A DNA stretch of 64,000 nucleotides from Phoronis australis (taxonomy: Eukaryota; Animalia; Phoronida): positions 62,001 through 126,000 of the forward strand of contig NMRA01000643.1 of the NCBI GenBank assembly GCA_002633005.1. Reading direction: 5' to 3'. Under the pieces are notes generated by a model. It saw nothing but the letters and a program-made list of their open reading frames with translations, had not been told where the DNA came from and ran no database searches. This document shows, piece by piece, positions 35,501 through 50,500 of the stretch. Position 1 is the first letter of the stretch. The number at the start of each line of letters is the position of its first letter. A program made the position numbers and the translations under genes.

Positions 35501-38500
35501 GTCGTCTCAAAATTGTTCATTTTGCTGCGTTTATCAGTAACTATGGTTAAACGTGTTGTTTTTAGCCCCTTTGCCTGTTGTATAATAATGCTTTAGTTTG
35601 AAAATATTTTTTAAAAGGATGTTGTAACGGAAAGCTCTGCGTTCGACCTCATGGCATTCATACCACTTCTACGTGAACGGATCTATGTCACAAATTCCTT
35701 TGCCAGACGTTTTATCGTCTCCTGGGTACGTAATACTTGATCCTCACAGTACTTTCTAGCACTTTCTGAGTTTAACTCTTTAATTGTTCATTGTATTTTT
35801 GTCAATGAACGTTAAAAAATTCTTATTCTAACCTTATTTTTAACACCAATGGGGTAATTAAACTATTGTCTTTTTAGCCAGGACTTTAAACCCTTTGTTA
35901 AGCTGTGTTTACAGTCCAACTAGGACAGTTGTTTGACTGAGAGCAGGGTTCACAAAGAACTAATATATTTCACTGACCTTGCATGTGAGAGTACTCCCTG
36001 GTACTAAACTTCAGTTAATTTCAAAAGACCTATTGTGTTTGAATGACATAGACAGGATTAGTTAACCCCTCCAAGCCCAGAATGAAAGCTGTGCATATAC
36101 AAGGCATTTATGGAGAAGGTCACAAAAGCTCTGGTCTTATAGCAGAAAGTTATATTTTGGCATATTTTGACATCACAGGCTGCCATTTTGGGACATTGCC
36201 TGTGACATTATGCAACCATGCTGGATATTAGCCTTTCGCTAAAACATGTTTTACATTATTGTATTTTTATCCTCTTTAAATAAAGTTTATTATTATTATT
36301 ATAACCATCAGAGTTATCCAGTAGATAAGATATAGTTTCATGCAACCGGACTCTAGAATAGCTTTATTCATCACCTGATGATGAAACTTATGTTTGTAGT
36401 TTTAATATGCATAAAACAAGTTATGGATATTTTGGCACACTAGGGACTTCTGAACATAGTGGACATTCTATCTGATTTCTTTGAATCACAGATATCGTTC
36501 CACATATTTTGATATAGGCATGGATTAATTGAATACGTAATACATATTATGTCGCTATTATAAATAGTGCTTTGTGTACGTATTATCATGTTCGGTACAA
36601 ACCACTTCCTAGTATTAACTTGTGACCCATATCAGTCGCTAGTTATCATTATATAAACTGGATTAAACACGCCACTTCATCCTACAATGTTCATGATAAA
36701 AAGTTCAGAAGTCCTTTTAAAAATTAAAAATACTTTATCTATTATCAGATTTTACAGACATTTAATATATGTCATTCATATGTTGTACCTTTAATAAGAG
36801 AAACATTATGCAGTGTGATACTTAATTGATTACATATCTATTTTTGGCACCTATGATGTGTTATGTGGTTGTGATACAAACACCCCCCTGAATTATTGTA
36901 ACAACGTGTCTAATACGAGAGTGAGTCTAGGTTTGAAATGTGTAAGTTGTTTCTGTTAGGTCACCATGTTGGATGCTACTCCTGACATTGATATGCTGGT
37001 CTTCTTACCAGAGATATTGGATGGGATGTTCAAGATTCTAGGAGACATACAACCGGAAATAAGTAAACAGTAAGTGGAACATTTTGAAGGTTCAATAATT
37101 CGCGCCTTTTGTAAAAAATTTTGATTTAGGTCACTTGTCACAGACCCGCCTTGTTTCTGACTCTTCAGTGCTTAATGTCAAAATGGGGTTGACTTCAGCT
37201 GCGAACGCAGTATGGCTGTAACGGGAATTCCAACCGTTTCACTGCAATCAATTCCAGTTCAAACAATGGACAAGGATGTGAGGATATTTCTTTGAAAGAT
37301 TATTCCGTGAAGAAATTGTTTTGACACCAGAAAGTGGTTCATAGAGGCTAATGGTTTTTGCACGCTGGTTACTTATAAGAAATTGAACCAGGACCCGCAG
37401 TTTAATCTTTGTACTCGTAATCGAATTCTAAAGGATTTTTGACATTTTCCATCTTAATTTTGTGTAAACGCATAATGACTGTCTATTAGTTTTTGCTGGA
37501 GTATGTTATTGTTCACGTGGATGACTGTTTTATCCTAGTTTGTACTAGATGACCCTAAGCAGCGTTAATGTTGTAAATTTTGAGTCTGAACTCAAAAACT
37601 TGAGTTTGTGGTTCGAATCTAGAGGTTATCAAGTGTAAACTTGATCACTGAATAATAGTCAGTAATCTTGGGTTTGTATTAAAATAGAAAGTTGAAGATA
37701 ATTTTGAGTTTGATTTGGAGTACAAAGATCTGATCCCTGGCCAGGTTGTGTGCTAGGAACAGTCGGTCAGTCTGTCAATAAACGATGAGTTGTTACTGTC
37801 TTGTGTGACGTCACATGAACAACACACTGTTGTAAGTGAAACATTCGTTTTCTTTGCTGTGCTTTTAATCGTCACCTTTGATCGATTTTCATGTGATAAA
37901 TTGGAATGATTGAAACAGGTCGTGTAATTTCCTAGCATCATTAATCACTGTATCGGTAACTGTACACTACTCCTGAATACTAGTGTTCTTTTTGTGTCAT
38001 CATAACTATAGGCGGCGCTGTCGGCAAAACATGGATGTTCTTATTATAAATCATTTGTCTCTTCAAAGTGCCTCCTGAACACCACTTACCATGTTTTGAC
38101 ATGTTGCAACTTTTTCACTTGCTTTGATAGCAGTGCAGAACACATCATGAATTCAGTTTCCCGTAAGTGTATTAGTGCCATAGGTGTGAACGTGGTGTAT
38201 TAAGGTTTCTGTGTCCAATAATTCCAATGCAATCATCTACCTCTCCTTCGTTAGTCACGAAGTTCCAATGTTTACAACTCTGCAATGGCAAATTTGCATC
38301 GATTGCAAATGTCACAACTCATGGTTGTTTGAGGTTTTTTTCTTCAAACCTCTGATGCACACCTTTAACTCAGTCAATTGACTTTTTTAACGTTGCTGAA
38401 TAGCCTGCCGTGTGTACTAAACTCTTTAAAATTTTCTCTTTGCAGGTGTGAAGTTGCATTTGGTGAATTCTTGAAGGGGATATCCAACGCGCCTTCAGGC

Positions 38501-41500
38501 AGGGTCAGCTTCAAAGCCATGGTCAACATTGTGCTCTCCCACTGTGTCCTTCAAGGTAATATGATGGTGGGGCCTGTCCCTCTAACTATGACCAAAACAA
38601 TTGTGACAATTCCTCAGAATGTTGACTGTGCTTGGGGCCTCTCTGTGATAACCTAGGTTTTCCATCTGTGGGAAACTGATACTGTTTTGCTTGCCCGGCT
38701 TAAAAACTGCTTCTGAGATTCAGTTTAACAAATGAATGTCTCAGAATTGCGGTTGTGACTTGGAATGTTAATTTGAAAATGTGTTAGTTGCTTACACAAT
38801 TCAAGTAGGAGTCACTGAAATAGCATAAGCGCCCATGTATAAGCACCCATGTATAAGCACCCGTGTATAAGCACCCATGTATAAGTGCCCATGTATAAGC
38901 ACCCATGTATAAGTGCCCAATGTATAAGTGCCCATGTATAAGCACCCATGTATAAGCACCCATGTATAAGCACCCATGTATAAGCATCCATGTATAAGTG
39001 CCCATGTATAAGTGCCCATGTATAAGCACCCATGTATAAGCGCCCATGTATAAGTGCCCATGTATAAGTGCCCATGTATAAGCACCCATGTATAAGCACC
39101 CATGTATAAGCGCCCATGTATAAGCGCCCATGTATAAGCCCACTCTACCCCTTAACTCTTCATTTAATCCTGCGTTTTAGCTCCTCCTCTTACATCTTGG
39201 ACCATGTCCAATCTAGCTCTTCCCAGCTCTCGAGACAAGCTAGGCCCAAACTGCCCTAGGAAACAAAAAGTCCCGATAGCATACTACATGAATCGCAAGT
39301 GCATATCACACTGAATTTGATTCACGTTCTAGGTCCCTTACGCACATTCTTCAAAGAACCTTACGGTCATGTGCACATGCATTTTATATAACCCCACCCC
39401 TGTACGAGCCCACCTCTGTTTTTCGCACAATTGCAATCCCATGGGCTGATGTGCGGTCAGATGTGATATTGCCCTCAGTCAGATCTGTCCAAGCTATAGA
39501 TTTTTTAAAAGCATTTATGACCCAGAAAATAAATGTGGAAAGGTTAGTCTGAGGTTGGAAACAAAGCAGTAAAACAATAAGTTTTCAATGTATAAGTTGC
39601 GATAAATGTAAATTAACTAACATACACACATTCACGCTGTGCTTGTGTGGTGAAGGAGCTAATGATTAAGACTGAGGCTTATATACAATGGAATATGAAA
39701 TTAAATGTACTCCAACATATATAAAAATAAAGCTGTTGATGGTTTTACAAATTAATTTAACCAGTCTCGTTAGCGTTGCTTGTTGCTGTCATTAAACTCG
39801 TGTCTTGTTATGAATTAAATTACCACATGGGCATTTGTCTGAGGTTATGTATTCTGTATTATAATTGTAGATAGCAACAAAGACCTTATTCAGTACACAG
39901 CCATGTTATGGCTAAAGGAGTTTGTACAACTGGCTGGTCAAGATATGCTAAAGTTTGCTTCTGGTATAATTAGTGCAGTACTTCCTTGTCTTGCTATGGG
40001 TGAACGTCAAAAAAGGTGGGTTTGCTGAACTAACTGTGTGTGCTCTTGAGGTGCGTGCATGTAGGTGCAGCTGTTATAAAGCTACTACTTTGTCATGAAA
40101 GTGTACATCAAGACTTGCAGCTCTGGATATCATTATTTGCATAGAAATTTTGCCAAGTATGTTGAATTGTCGCTATATGCACGTTTTTCGTTTGCGCGAT
40201 ACATGCCACATTTTTTGTCCAAAGGATTTTTACGAGATAAGAAGGAAATGAAGTGAAGATAAATATTTGTCCCATTCATTCCTGTGACATCGTGGTGCCA
40301 ACTGCACAATCATGCTGTTTCTCCACATGTAGGGCTATAGAGCGGATCTTGTGTGATGTTATGCAAAGTGGAGATTATGTCACACTGTTCTGCTAAGTTT
40401 GGAAACCCACAAGTTTTCTATTGACTCATAATTTGCACACAACATTCGACTTTTCTGAGGCCTAGTGTTTGCTGTTTGAATAGTCCTTTTGCGAGTTTAT
40501 AACAATAACGTGAGATTATGTGAGAGTTAACTGTGATGTCACATGAAGTGGGGCAAAAACTTGTCCTTTGTTGGCCATTTGACCGATAAGGTAGCATAGT
40601 GTATTCTGTTGTTTACTTCGAGTTTTTAATCTTTTAGAGTGAAAAATGCCAAACATGCATTGCTATTATGGCAAATGAAATTCAGATTCGCACTACAATA
40701 CGTTCAATCGCATTCTGTACTAACTTTGTCCCGTGTATTTTAAACGGGCGGTAGGCTAAATCTGCTCTCTGATTAAGTTTTCACCTCGTCAAAAATACAT
40801 TCTACAACTAAAATTATCACCTAAAAAGGTGCTTACTTTCTTCAGCGATCCTTTCTGTTTCTAAGCATATCTTCGATAAAGCATAGCTACTGGAATTCAG
40901 GTGACTTTGGCAAAGAATTCCAACTCCACTTTTTGGTTACTGTTAACTTTGACCGCGCGCGATAACCACAAAGTATTTCAACTGAGTCAGGTGAGTATGA
41001 GGCAAAGGCTAACGCAAGACTGAGTGAAGCACATGACCTGGCGCATGACTTTTGCAAAAGAGCATGGGAAAACATCAAGTGAAATTTGTAAGATTTGTGT
41101 CACATGGACTTTTTGTTCATCAACATGCGTGATTTCACGTAACTTCCTCAAAATGGCGCCCGGTGAGAGAAACTCGAGTGAACAGCGAAGTTTACATTGG
41201 ATATATTCAAGTTATTTGTAGACTAAATTGTATCCAGAGTCAGGGTATGTGCTAATTATAACTCCATGTTCACTATGCATGTTTCATTTGATTTTGTTTG
41301 CTGTATTTTGAAATGAGTAACTTTTTTTGGGGATATACTATCGCCCCTGTATGCCTGCGGCATTCAGGCCTAGACCCGGTCCGTTCACAGCTTCGCACAA
41401 CATAACAAGTTCACATTTTCTTCATCCATTTACAATTATTCCACGATCCATCTATCATCTCTTAAGTTGTGTTAACATTTTAAACACAAAACTCACCATA

Positions 41501-44500
41501 AGAACTCCAATAAGATTTAGCGTGTGTAGCAAAGACTTGGGGCAAAACAAGAACAATATGGCGGGTTTTGCCCTCCTTCCAGTGGTGTCACATAGACTAA
41601 CTGGAAACTCGCAAGTGAGCTATTGGATGCATCGTTGTGTTGTGGCAGCCATTTTTGATGTTTTGCTTTCCAGAGTTAAACTCATCAGTCGTTTGAGGAC
41701 ATTTTCTGAAATTAGATAATTGTGTGATATATCCTGTTCATTTCTTGCCGTGACTTAAACTTCTTGAGAATCAAAGATATTCTAGTTCTTCAAATTTTAT
41801 TGATCACAGTTTTTGTGTATTAATTCTTGATTCGTCTCCAGTTGATTTATCACCTGTTGTGTAGGCCTGTGTTTTTAATCATTTTTGTAATCAATCCTCA
41901 TCATCATCATCATCATCATCCTCGTCGTCATCATAGTGTAATTTTCATTGGCTTTTCGTCCAGTTTCATCAAGCATCACTCTGTGTAGCTCTATTTTGTC
42001 TGATTTGTGTCCTTGAGTATCAAGGAAATGTCGGTCAAGTGTTCATGTTTATCAATTGAGTCTGTGATTTGAGTAACTAAACTATAATTTAGAAATAATG
42101 TTGTTACTTATGTGCCACCTGGTTGTATTTGAGGACCTAGCTATGTTGGTGTGACCGCTTGGAATTTAGGAGCCAGACTAAAAGAATATTTTCACTTGTG
42201 ATCTGGCAACCTCATAGCTATGGGAGAGCACCATATGGATACTTCACACAATATTTGTAAACCCAATGTTAAAATATTGTCTTGAAGTGTATACGGAAAC
42301 AACAGTATTGAGAACAGAAGTGTTATATTATCATGTAAAAAGTGTATACATTCATGTAGCAATGCTGATTATGTACATTAAAATGATTGATTGATTGATG
42401 ATCGTGATAAGGTATTTTACCTTTAGTGTACCTGAGTGTGCTCCTCTCAACATTCTCCCATCGTCACATCATCATCCTATCCATTTGGTACTACACTCTC
42501 GGGCCTCGGACACGAAAGTAACGCATCAACATCAAAATAACTTACACCATAAATAATTTTAGAGATGTTGATGCCAGAAGGTATTCACAAAATTGGTATT
42601 TGTATGTGGGTCGGTGGCCTTTGTGTTATTGAATAAATACTCCTATTCATATTGTCTTGAGTTGGTATTCTAATCGTGGTATTGTCTCAGGTTTTACATC
42701 GTTTGTTAAAATTGTTTTTGGTGTTGTTTGTTTGTCTGGATTTTAACGCCTCAGCCGCACAACCCCTACCTGTTTTGAGAGAACCCCCGGGTTGTTGTAG
42801 CATTGTAGTTGTTGTACCCAGTTTTTATGGCTGACTATTGTTAGCAGTATCTACATATGTCGTGTTTAAAAGTTGTTCACGTAGTGTTCCTTTTTTCACT
42901 TTCTCAAGCCCTAGAAAAACTGGGTCTTTATAGATGAGTTTTGCTTTATCTTGCAAGTCGTATCTAGTCTCTGCCAATCAGTAACTTGAACATTGAGCCT
43001 ATGGTCAAGAGTTTCACAGTTTGGTATCAGAGATTTTGTAAATGACGTATTCCTGTGATATGAAACTGATAACACAATTTTTTAGAGCTTGGTTTTAAGG
43101 AAGCATTAGAGTGATTTTCATGGGGTTTCTAGGTTGTGCTAAGTTATACTTTTCTGGATGCAGAAGAGAAAGCAATATGGAGGCTCTTTTAGAGGCCAAC
43201 GTTCAGGGTCCCTACAAGTTTTGATACCAGTTCACTCTTTATTGTGTTTATGAAATAACGCAAATCGGTTTTTCATTATGATGGATCATAACCTTTTGTT
43301 GAATTTTCAAATCTGGAGAAGCTTCTGGCCAATCTTGGCACATCTCCAAGACTTATCTCATTATATTATGGCTATAAAACTGATTTTTGTCATGTACTAT
43401 ATATTTCTCTTATCTATAAACAAAGTCCCATACGTACTGTATCTGTGTGGTTGTGTCTACGTTTGTCATGTGTCATCATTCTAGTATACGAGAAGTGGCG
43501 AAAGATGTGAACAGAATGATGATGAAACTAGTTAGTAATGAAGAGAAGTCAGAGACACTGACAGAGTCGACTGATGTGAACCATGCTGAGTCTAAAGGGG
43601 ACTCAAGTGAGGAGTCGAATACCAAAGAGGAGGACAATCAGAGTGCAATGTAAGTTCATCTCAGTACATTAATTTCACCTACCATGAATAGACTTTTTAC
43701 TATTCAGACCTATTGGGATACCCAGATGTTTTTTTAGCTCTGCAGTGTCAGGAAAGAAATGAAGCAGAATGCGACATCACATTCCTTGGTCCGCCACGCA
43801 TTGCATTTCATGCCAAGATTTGTACGATGACACTCGACTTACCTCAAAATCCAACCGCTGCCTGGTGGTCAGGTAATTGACCCAATTATATTGCACACCC
43901 ATCAGAATTAAGGCGAAGGATAATATGGCATTAATCAAAAGTTTTGTGGTTGTAAAATCACAATTTTCTTGCCTGATTTCCAAAATCCAAATACCTGGTC
44001 ATGTGTACTTTCCACAGCTTTTCAAATATGCTATCAAAAACATTCAAAATGAAAATTTACTGACGCTGCCAATGTGTATATACTGGGTCTGATTATATAG
44101 AGAACGGTAACACCAGCAGCCTGAGGCAATGTAATTAACTACAACGGCGTGGTGTCTTTGATCAGTGCCGGCAAATTTCTGAGTTGTGCAAACCGGTCGA
44201 GTTGGTCAATCTTGACCGGTGAGGGTGTCATGGTAGGATTCTGTTCATGTTATTTCATCAAAAAAGGAACAAAATGTAATAAAAAGCAATAACAAGTGAA
44301 AAAGATTCAACTTCGAGTGCATTCGCTGACTGAGGAAATGATGCCTTATGGTAGAAGTGAAGAGAAATGATGAGAACAGCTCATAAAGAAGTGAAGTTAA
44401 GCTCGCGTTCTCATGGTTTTGTACTTAAAATTATGTTTATAACAACTTGTTCAGTTTAAGACAAATTAATGTGAACTCATACGTGATTATGTTAGGTTTC

Positions 44501-47500
44501 TATGATTTCAGTGCAGAACTGCTGGACTTGTCGCCTGTTGTTAAAGTCTTGTGCAAACATCTTAGCAGTAAACAGATGGAAACCAGAATAGCTTCTTTAG
44601 AGTGGATATATCACCTGCACATCAAGACCCCCAGCAGAGTAAGAAACTGATGAGTCGGGCCATGATGTAAAAGGTTCTATGGTTGAACATGTCGCGTTAC
44701 TCGTAAAAGCATGATGGTAGTTTTAATGCCTGGTCTTTTCACCTTAAAGTAATCCCTGTAATGTCTTTAATGAGTTCTGTTTTTGCAATTAAGCTGTAGT
44801 GAACTTAAACGGGGAATTGTAATAAATTTTAAACAAATTTATCGGTGATTGCAGTTTGATTACTTGCCACTGAATTTTTGTTCATTAGCCAATTGGCCCT
44901 AATATCAGATGGAGCTAGTATTAATTGTTTGTTAATAGCATTCAAAACTCTTTTTTACAGATATTCCTGCATGTGGAAGAGTTATTTCCCCTGCTGTTAA
45001 TGACATTATCAGACCCTGCTGATGAGGTAAGAAAAAAAGTTATGTGCCGTGCAATTTAAAGAACGTTGTAAAAACTTTATGATCTTCACCATCTATGGAG
45101 AATAGCAAGACTCCCACTGATTATGGAAAAACCTAGAATGTTACAATTTAGTGGAAAACTGACTATAGATAAAACTTTAAGATGAAAATGCATGGAAAAC
45201 TGAAGACATTTTCGTGAGATAAGTAAAAAAATTTCATTCTGCAAGCCGTATTATACTTATCAATATTACTGAAAAGTACTGATGGGAATTTAAAAAGTGA
45301 TTTCTGGAAAATTCATGGAACGTTTGTGCATTGTGAATTATGCCATATGATGGAGAACTGTGTCAAAGTGTTTTGTGGTGTAGTTATGATAGCATCTCAC
45401 CAATTATGGACAAAAATAATTGCAAAAATTGTTTTTTTTTTCATTTCTCAAAGGCTTTTAATATTAATATTAATATTTATTGTTTCTTAATACTTTGCTT
45501 GATGGTGAAGCAGTAAGGCTGGTTAAGCCTTCATTTTGTGATACTTTTAATTAGAATTGAAATTTCATTTGTCCGCTGCGTTATTGGTGAGATTTAGTCT
45601 GATTTATTAGACACAGATAGTTGTTCCCTGTAATCTTTACTTGTCTTTGACATCAGGTGGTCCTGCTGGATCTAGAGGTACTGGCCGAGATCTCCTCCAG
45701 TACTGTCACCCACAGGGCAGCCATCACAACCAATGAACAAGCCGCCCTGCCCAGCCCCATACAGAAGGCTGTGTTCTTCCAGGATGGTATGAACAACTAC
45801 TTCACAAAGTTCATGATCAGTCTGCTGGGAATGTTCAGGACAGACAGTCAGCTGCTGGACAATAGAGGGGCCTTTATAATAAGGTAGAGTTCAAAGTTCA
45901 CCAAGAAGCGTATCGACAAAGGCTAGCTAGCACTTTGATAGACATGGGAAGTTTTTATTAAGGTTTTTGTATCTAGAGGGTTTCCCAATGCATTGTAATG
46001 TGTCGCTGGTGTCCTCTTTGTATTTTAATTCATATGTACCCAACAAGATACCCTGACGCATGTGGAATACTGTAGGCTCAGATTTTATCTAAGGAAGTGT
46101 TTCATGTCTGTACATGTGCAAATTTCGGGGAGGCAGCAAGTCACGTGACTTTCTAAGTGGAGAATGATTGGTTATGTGATTGTAATTCACATATGCACAG
46201 ATTTGAAATACCTCCGAGGCTATGAAAGTGCCCAAGGTGTCCCAGATGACGTGGTACCGATGCGTACACTCTAGTTCTTCAGGAAGTGACAGTTTGGGTT
46301 GCATTGCAATTTAGTTTCTGTTTTAGCTTCCAACAATGCTGTAATGACTGATCATATAGAAAAGGTTGTATTTGCTAATAAAAGTTTAATTCCAGGTTTC
46401 GTACTTGTTTTTCATCCTTTGTTAAACTGTTCAATCTATAAACCTGAAACTGAATTATCACTGTGACGTATGTAACCTCATTTGTCATCCTGTGCTATTT
46501 CCTTTGATATCGCAAATATTGAGAATTTATTTTCCACACAATTGAAAACTGAAGTGATTAAAAATTTCTGATCAATTCTTTCTTAGTACAGCAGCAACAC
46601 AAACCTGAGTGTGAAAAGATTAACAATCATTGGCCGATAACATCAAGAGTATTTAGCTTTTATGCATCAGTACGCTTAAAACTCAACATCATCTGTGCAA
46701 TATAATGTCAGATCATGCTTTTACAGGTGTTGCACTTAAGCACTTGACTGTTTTGCTTTTGCTTAGAAAGAAGGTTTTCTTGGGCGCTTTAAGTAGTGTC
46801 TCCAATGCACTATTGGAATGTCCCGTTGCTGGTTGCACTGTAACTGTACTTTTTCCATTTTCTTTCAGGCAACTTTGTTTGCTCCTCCAAGCTGAGCACA
46901 TCTACCGATCTTTGGCCGAGATATTATTACATGAAGACGACCTCAAATTCGCCTCCGTCATGGTACAGACACTCAACACAATACTGCTTACATCTACTGA
47001 GTTGTTCGAACTGAGGATCCAGCTAAAGGAGTTTAGAACCACCGTGAGTGATGTTTAATTTACCCTCAGTGCTTTCTCTTAAGGCAGCTTCTTGACAGGT
47101 TTCATGAAATTAATCATTTGTGCAGACTGTATTTACTCCATCGGCTTTGTTGAGTACATCTTGTTTCACATTTGCGTAAATTGCCAGCAAAGTTTCTTTA
47201 GTGCAGTTGCTATTGAACACAACATTTATGTGGCTTCTGTCAATCATAGCTTCGTCAGAGTTCTCTCATAAGTTTGGAATAGCGCACACTCTTGTGTTGG
47301 CCTACAATGCAGTAGCTGCCTTATGTTCATTGCAGTAATGAAAAGAACATTAATTACATGAGAACATAATTTACATTATTGTTCTTAGATTTCCCATAAT
47401 GTGTCATGAAAGTTTTCAAATGTGTGTGTTTCAGGAGAGCCATTCCCTGTTTTCGTGTCTGTATCGTTCCTGGTGTCATAACCCGGTGGCCACAGTGTCG

Positions 47501-50500
47501 TTGTGTCTTCTCACACAGAGCTACAAGCATAGTTGTGATCTACTACAGCACTTGTATCCTTTGCAGCAATTGTTATTTTGAATGATCCTTTCAAATATTG
47601 TGTGAAGGGCCTTGGTCCAGCCTATACTAAATTTTACTCTTGAGAAGCATTTGCTCTTTTGACTGGTAGTAATCTTTTTGCAAGGGAAGACTCTTAGCAG
47701 ATTTTCGTCCCACTTTTGGTGACGTCATGACAACTCTGGAATTTTTAATTGTGGGAGAAACTTAGTGAGTCACTATTTCAGTTTCAGTCATTTAGTAAAA
47801 GTTTCTCTCATGTCTGTGTGTTGTCTTACGGATTGGGCTCCAGGATAACAGAAGTGGGACAATAGTCTGTCATGCTGTCTATCTCGTAAAAAAGCTGTCT
47901 AAGACAGTATGGTTGATCAGCATTGACTGGATTCAAGCAGTTGAGGTGAAAGGCAATTCAACTGATAGTCGAGTTTCTGAAGTCTAGTTAAGGCTGCTGA
48001 CACATCGAGGAAAAGACGTCACATAAAGCCTGGTCTCTCAGAGTCTCCACAATACTTTGCAAATGGTGGCATTATGATGATTACTTCGGAGAGTGTTCAT
48101 TTGGGCTGTTGCATTTGACAGCAAGTGGAGTAATTGATTGTAAACATTTCTCAATTTGGGACCAAAGTAATTGTAGACAGTCAAAATGAGTTAAAATCAC
48201 CGTTTTCTAAATTTTCAAAGGCTTAATATATTGCTGCAAATGTTCAGGTTTTTACCAAATGCTTTTTGGTGACACCTGTACAATGCATGCCATGTTGACA
48301 GCAAGGTTAAAATTTCTTATGAACTATTTTTGTTGAGAAATTTGACAAAATTAAATTTCCAATATCAACTATGTCATGTCCCTAACTGATGTTTGTTCAC
48401 AACTCCATTGTGTATGTATAACGACATTCTAGTAGCATTTTCTCCCATAAGATTAACTTTCGGTGTTCACCTATTTGCTACTCAACGCTAGTACTGTTGT
48501 CTCAGTGTCAACTTGCCAATAAATATGGTCTTATGTGGGACTCTGGCCAAACTCAGAAAATACACACATGCCTGGGAACATTTTGCCCGGAATTTTGTCA
48601 GCATTACCTGGTGCATACCAGTGGAATACTTACAAAAAGCAATGGTGGCTAATCACGTAGAACTGTTGAATCTTATCACCTCTTTGCTGTACCATTAGAT
48701 ACTTCTTATTCGCAGCTGGTGACATAGAGGAACATGTTTGACTTAGTGATAAACCCTTTCGCGTTGTATGCTGTTAGAGGTGATGTGCTTTAAAGATGCA
48801 TTTGCATGCTCCTAACTATGGTAATGTATAGCATTAACTAAACCACGATGGTATTTTAACGTAATCTACCCTAAACAAAGTGCAGTTGTATACATTGACA
48901 TTGACAATTTGTAAATTTGAAAACAAAAAAGTCTGCAGATAGGTGGCGTTTGCACCAATGACGTACCTCTCGGGCTCACATAGCCCGCATCATGCAGTGT
49001 TATTCCCCAGCATCACGTCATGATACTGGACACATTTCAGTGATTTGGGGTGGATCTTTTCACCACAAAACTTGTTCGTTAAAAATAGTTGGCAACTTCT
49101 AAGCTACTTCATATTCGCTTCATTGCTATATGTTGTATTTCTAACTAATTTGGCTGAGCAATCACAAAGACAAGTAATTAGCCTGCAAATTTCACAAGTT
49201 GGATTGTCTCCTCATCCACTAGAAGCCACAAGTATCCGGTCTCATGTTATCAGTTGCCACCGTGACACTTGAAAGCCTCCCATTGACAGGACAGTGTCTT
49301 TGTGTGTCATATCGTTGTCACTACTTCCTTGACCATTTTATCAGTGGTGATTTAGAAGTCACTGTGGACTTCTTGACAGAAATTGACAAATTGATACAAT
49401 TATTAGAATCTCCTATATTCACGTGTAAGTATTTCTTAAAATGTATTATAAGTAAAATCGATTATGTAAATATGGTAATTAATGACAAAAATACATTTTT
49501 AGCAAATGGTTTTTGTTGGTTCAGTTTTTTGCTGTTTTATTCGATTTATCATCAGTGAGTTTGAAAAATTTTTCTGTCTTGTTTGACTATGTTCAGCTCG
49601 GGGTACTTTTAAAATCTTCCAAATTTAGCTTCCACCATATTCTTCATTTAAGGGGGTTTGACACAGTTTTAATTTATAGTTGATTGTTTATTTTTAATTT
49701 GATATTTTGAAGTTTGGTCTTTGCCAACTACAAATCCGCAAAGAAATGTGGGATCACAGAAATATTTTTTCACAATCGCTTAAATAAAGGCTTCTCTGAC
49801 AAAAAAGTGGAATTAAGATATGATTTCAAGGCTTCAAAAGTATATCACTTGAAGCCAGGCTCTACAAGTTGACTTGTGATGGTGTCATTTTATGCCATAG
49901 GTATGGTCTGAAGGAATAACAAATTAAACTATTTGTTCTTTGTGAGCCCAGAAATCGTGTCTCCGCAGAAAAAGAAACAAAATGAGACTAATTGTATGGC
50001 CATAAGTGGGCAAAATTGAATGATAACTCATTGGACATTTCATGCAGACCCCTAAGAGTAAATATTTCTTGGGGGCGCGAGGCCATTTTATACAAAATGG
50101 CACAATATTCTTGTAAAAAGAGGAAAATAGATTTTGAAATTTTCGTGGACCTTGTAATGCAATTGTGAAAGTGAGCGCACTCTTGTTAATGATGCCGTTG
50201 ACTTGACCTTTTTCGCCGTTCAGTCACAACAGTAAAACCTGTGAACAAAATGAACATTCTGTTGTAAGACACATCACTCTTTGCATTCTTCCAGTTCTTC
50301 GTCTGCAACTCCTGGATTTGGAAAACAATCATTATCTGGTCAAGAGCTTGTACGGTCTTCTGATGTTAATTCCTCAAAGTGAAGCATTCCGAACTCTTAG
50401 AAATCGGCTAGAGTGTGTGCCTAATACAAAATTCTCTACTGAGAGGTAAAATAAAGGCTCATGTTACTAAATACAAATGCTTGTTTAGTATTTCTAATTT

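Noticed and set aside
36375-36387. CTGATGA...GAAA motifs (also ~34421, ~55985 and minus strand ~37160) suggesting hammerhead ribozymes
   Set aside because: No valid stem II or flanking stems can be formed
38784-39143. Three repetitive ORFs ([11 protein letters not shown]...) and a superficially CRISPR-like array
   Set aside because: Translations of a 14-bp tandem repeat with no unique spacers and no cas genes, in a eukaryotic intron
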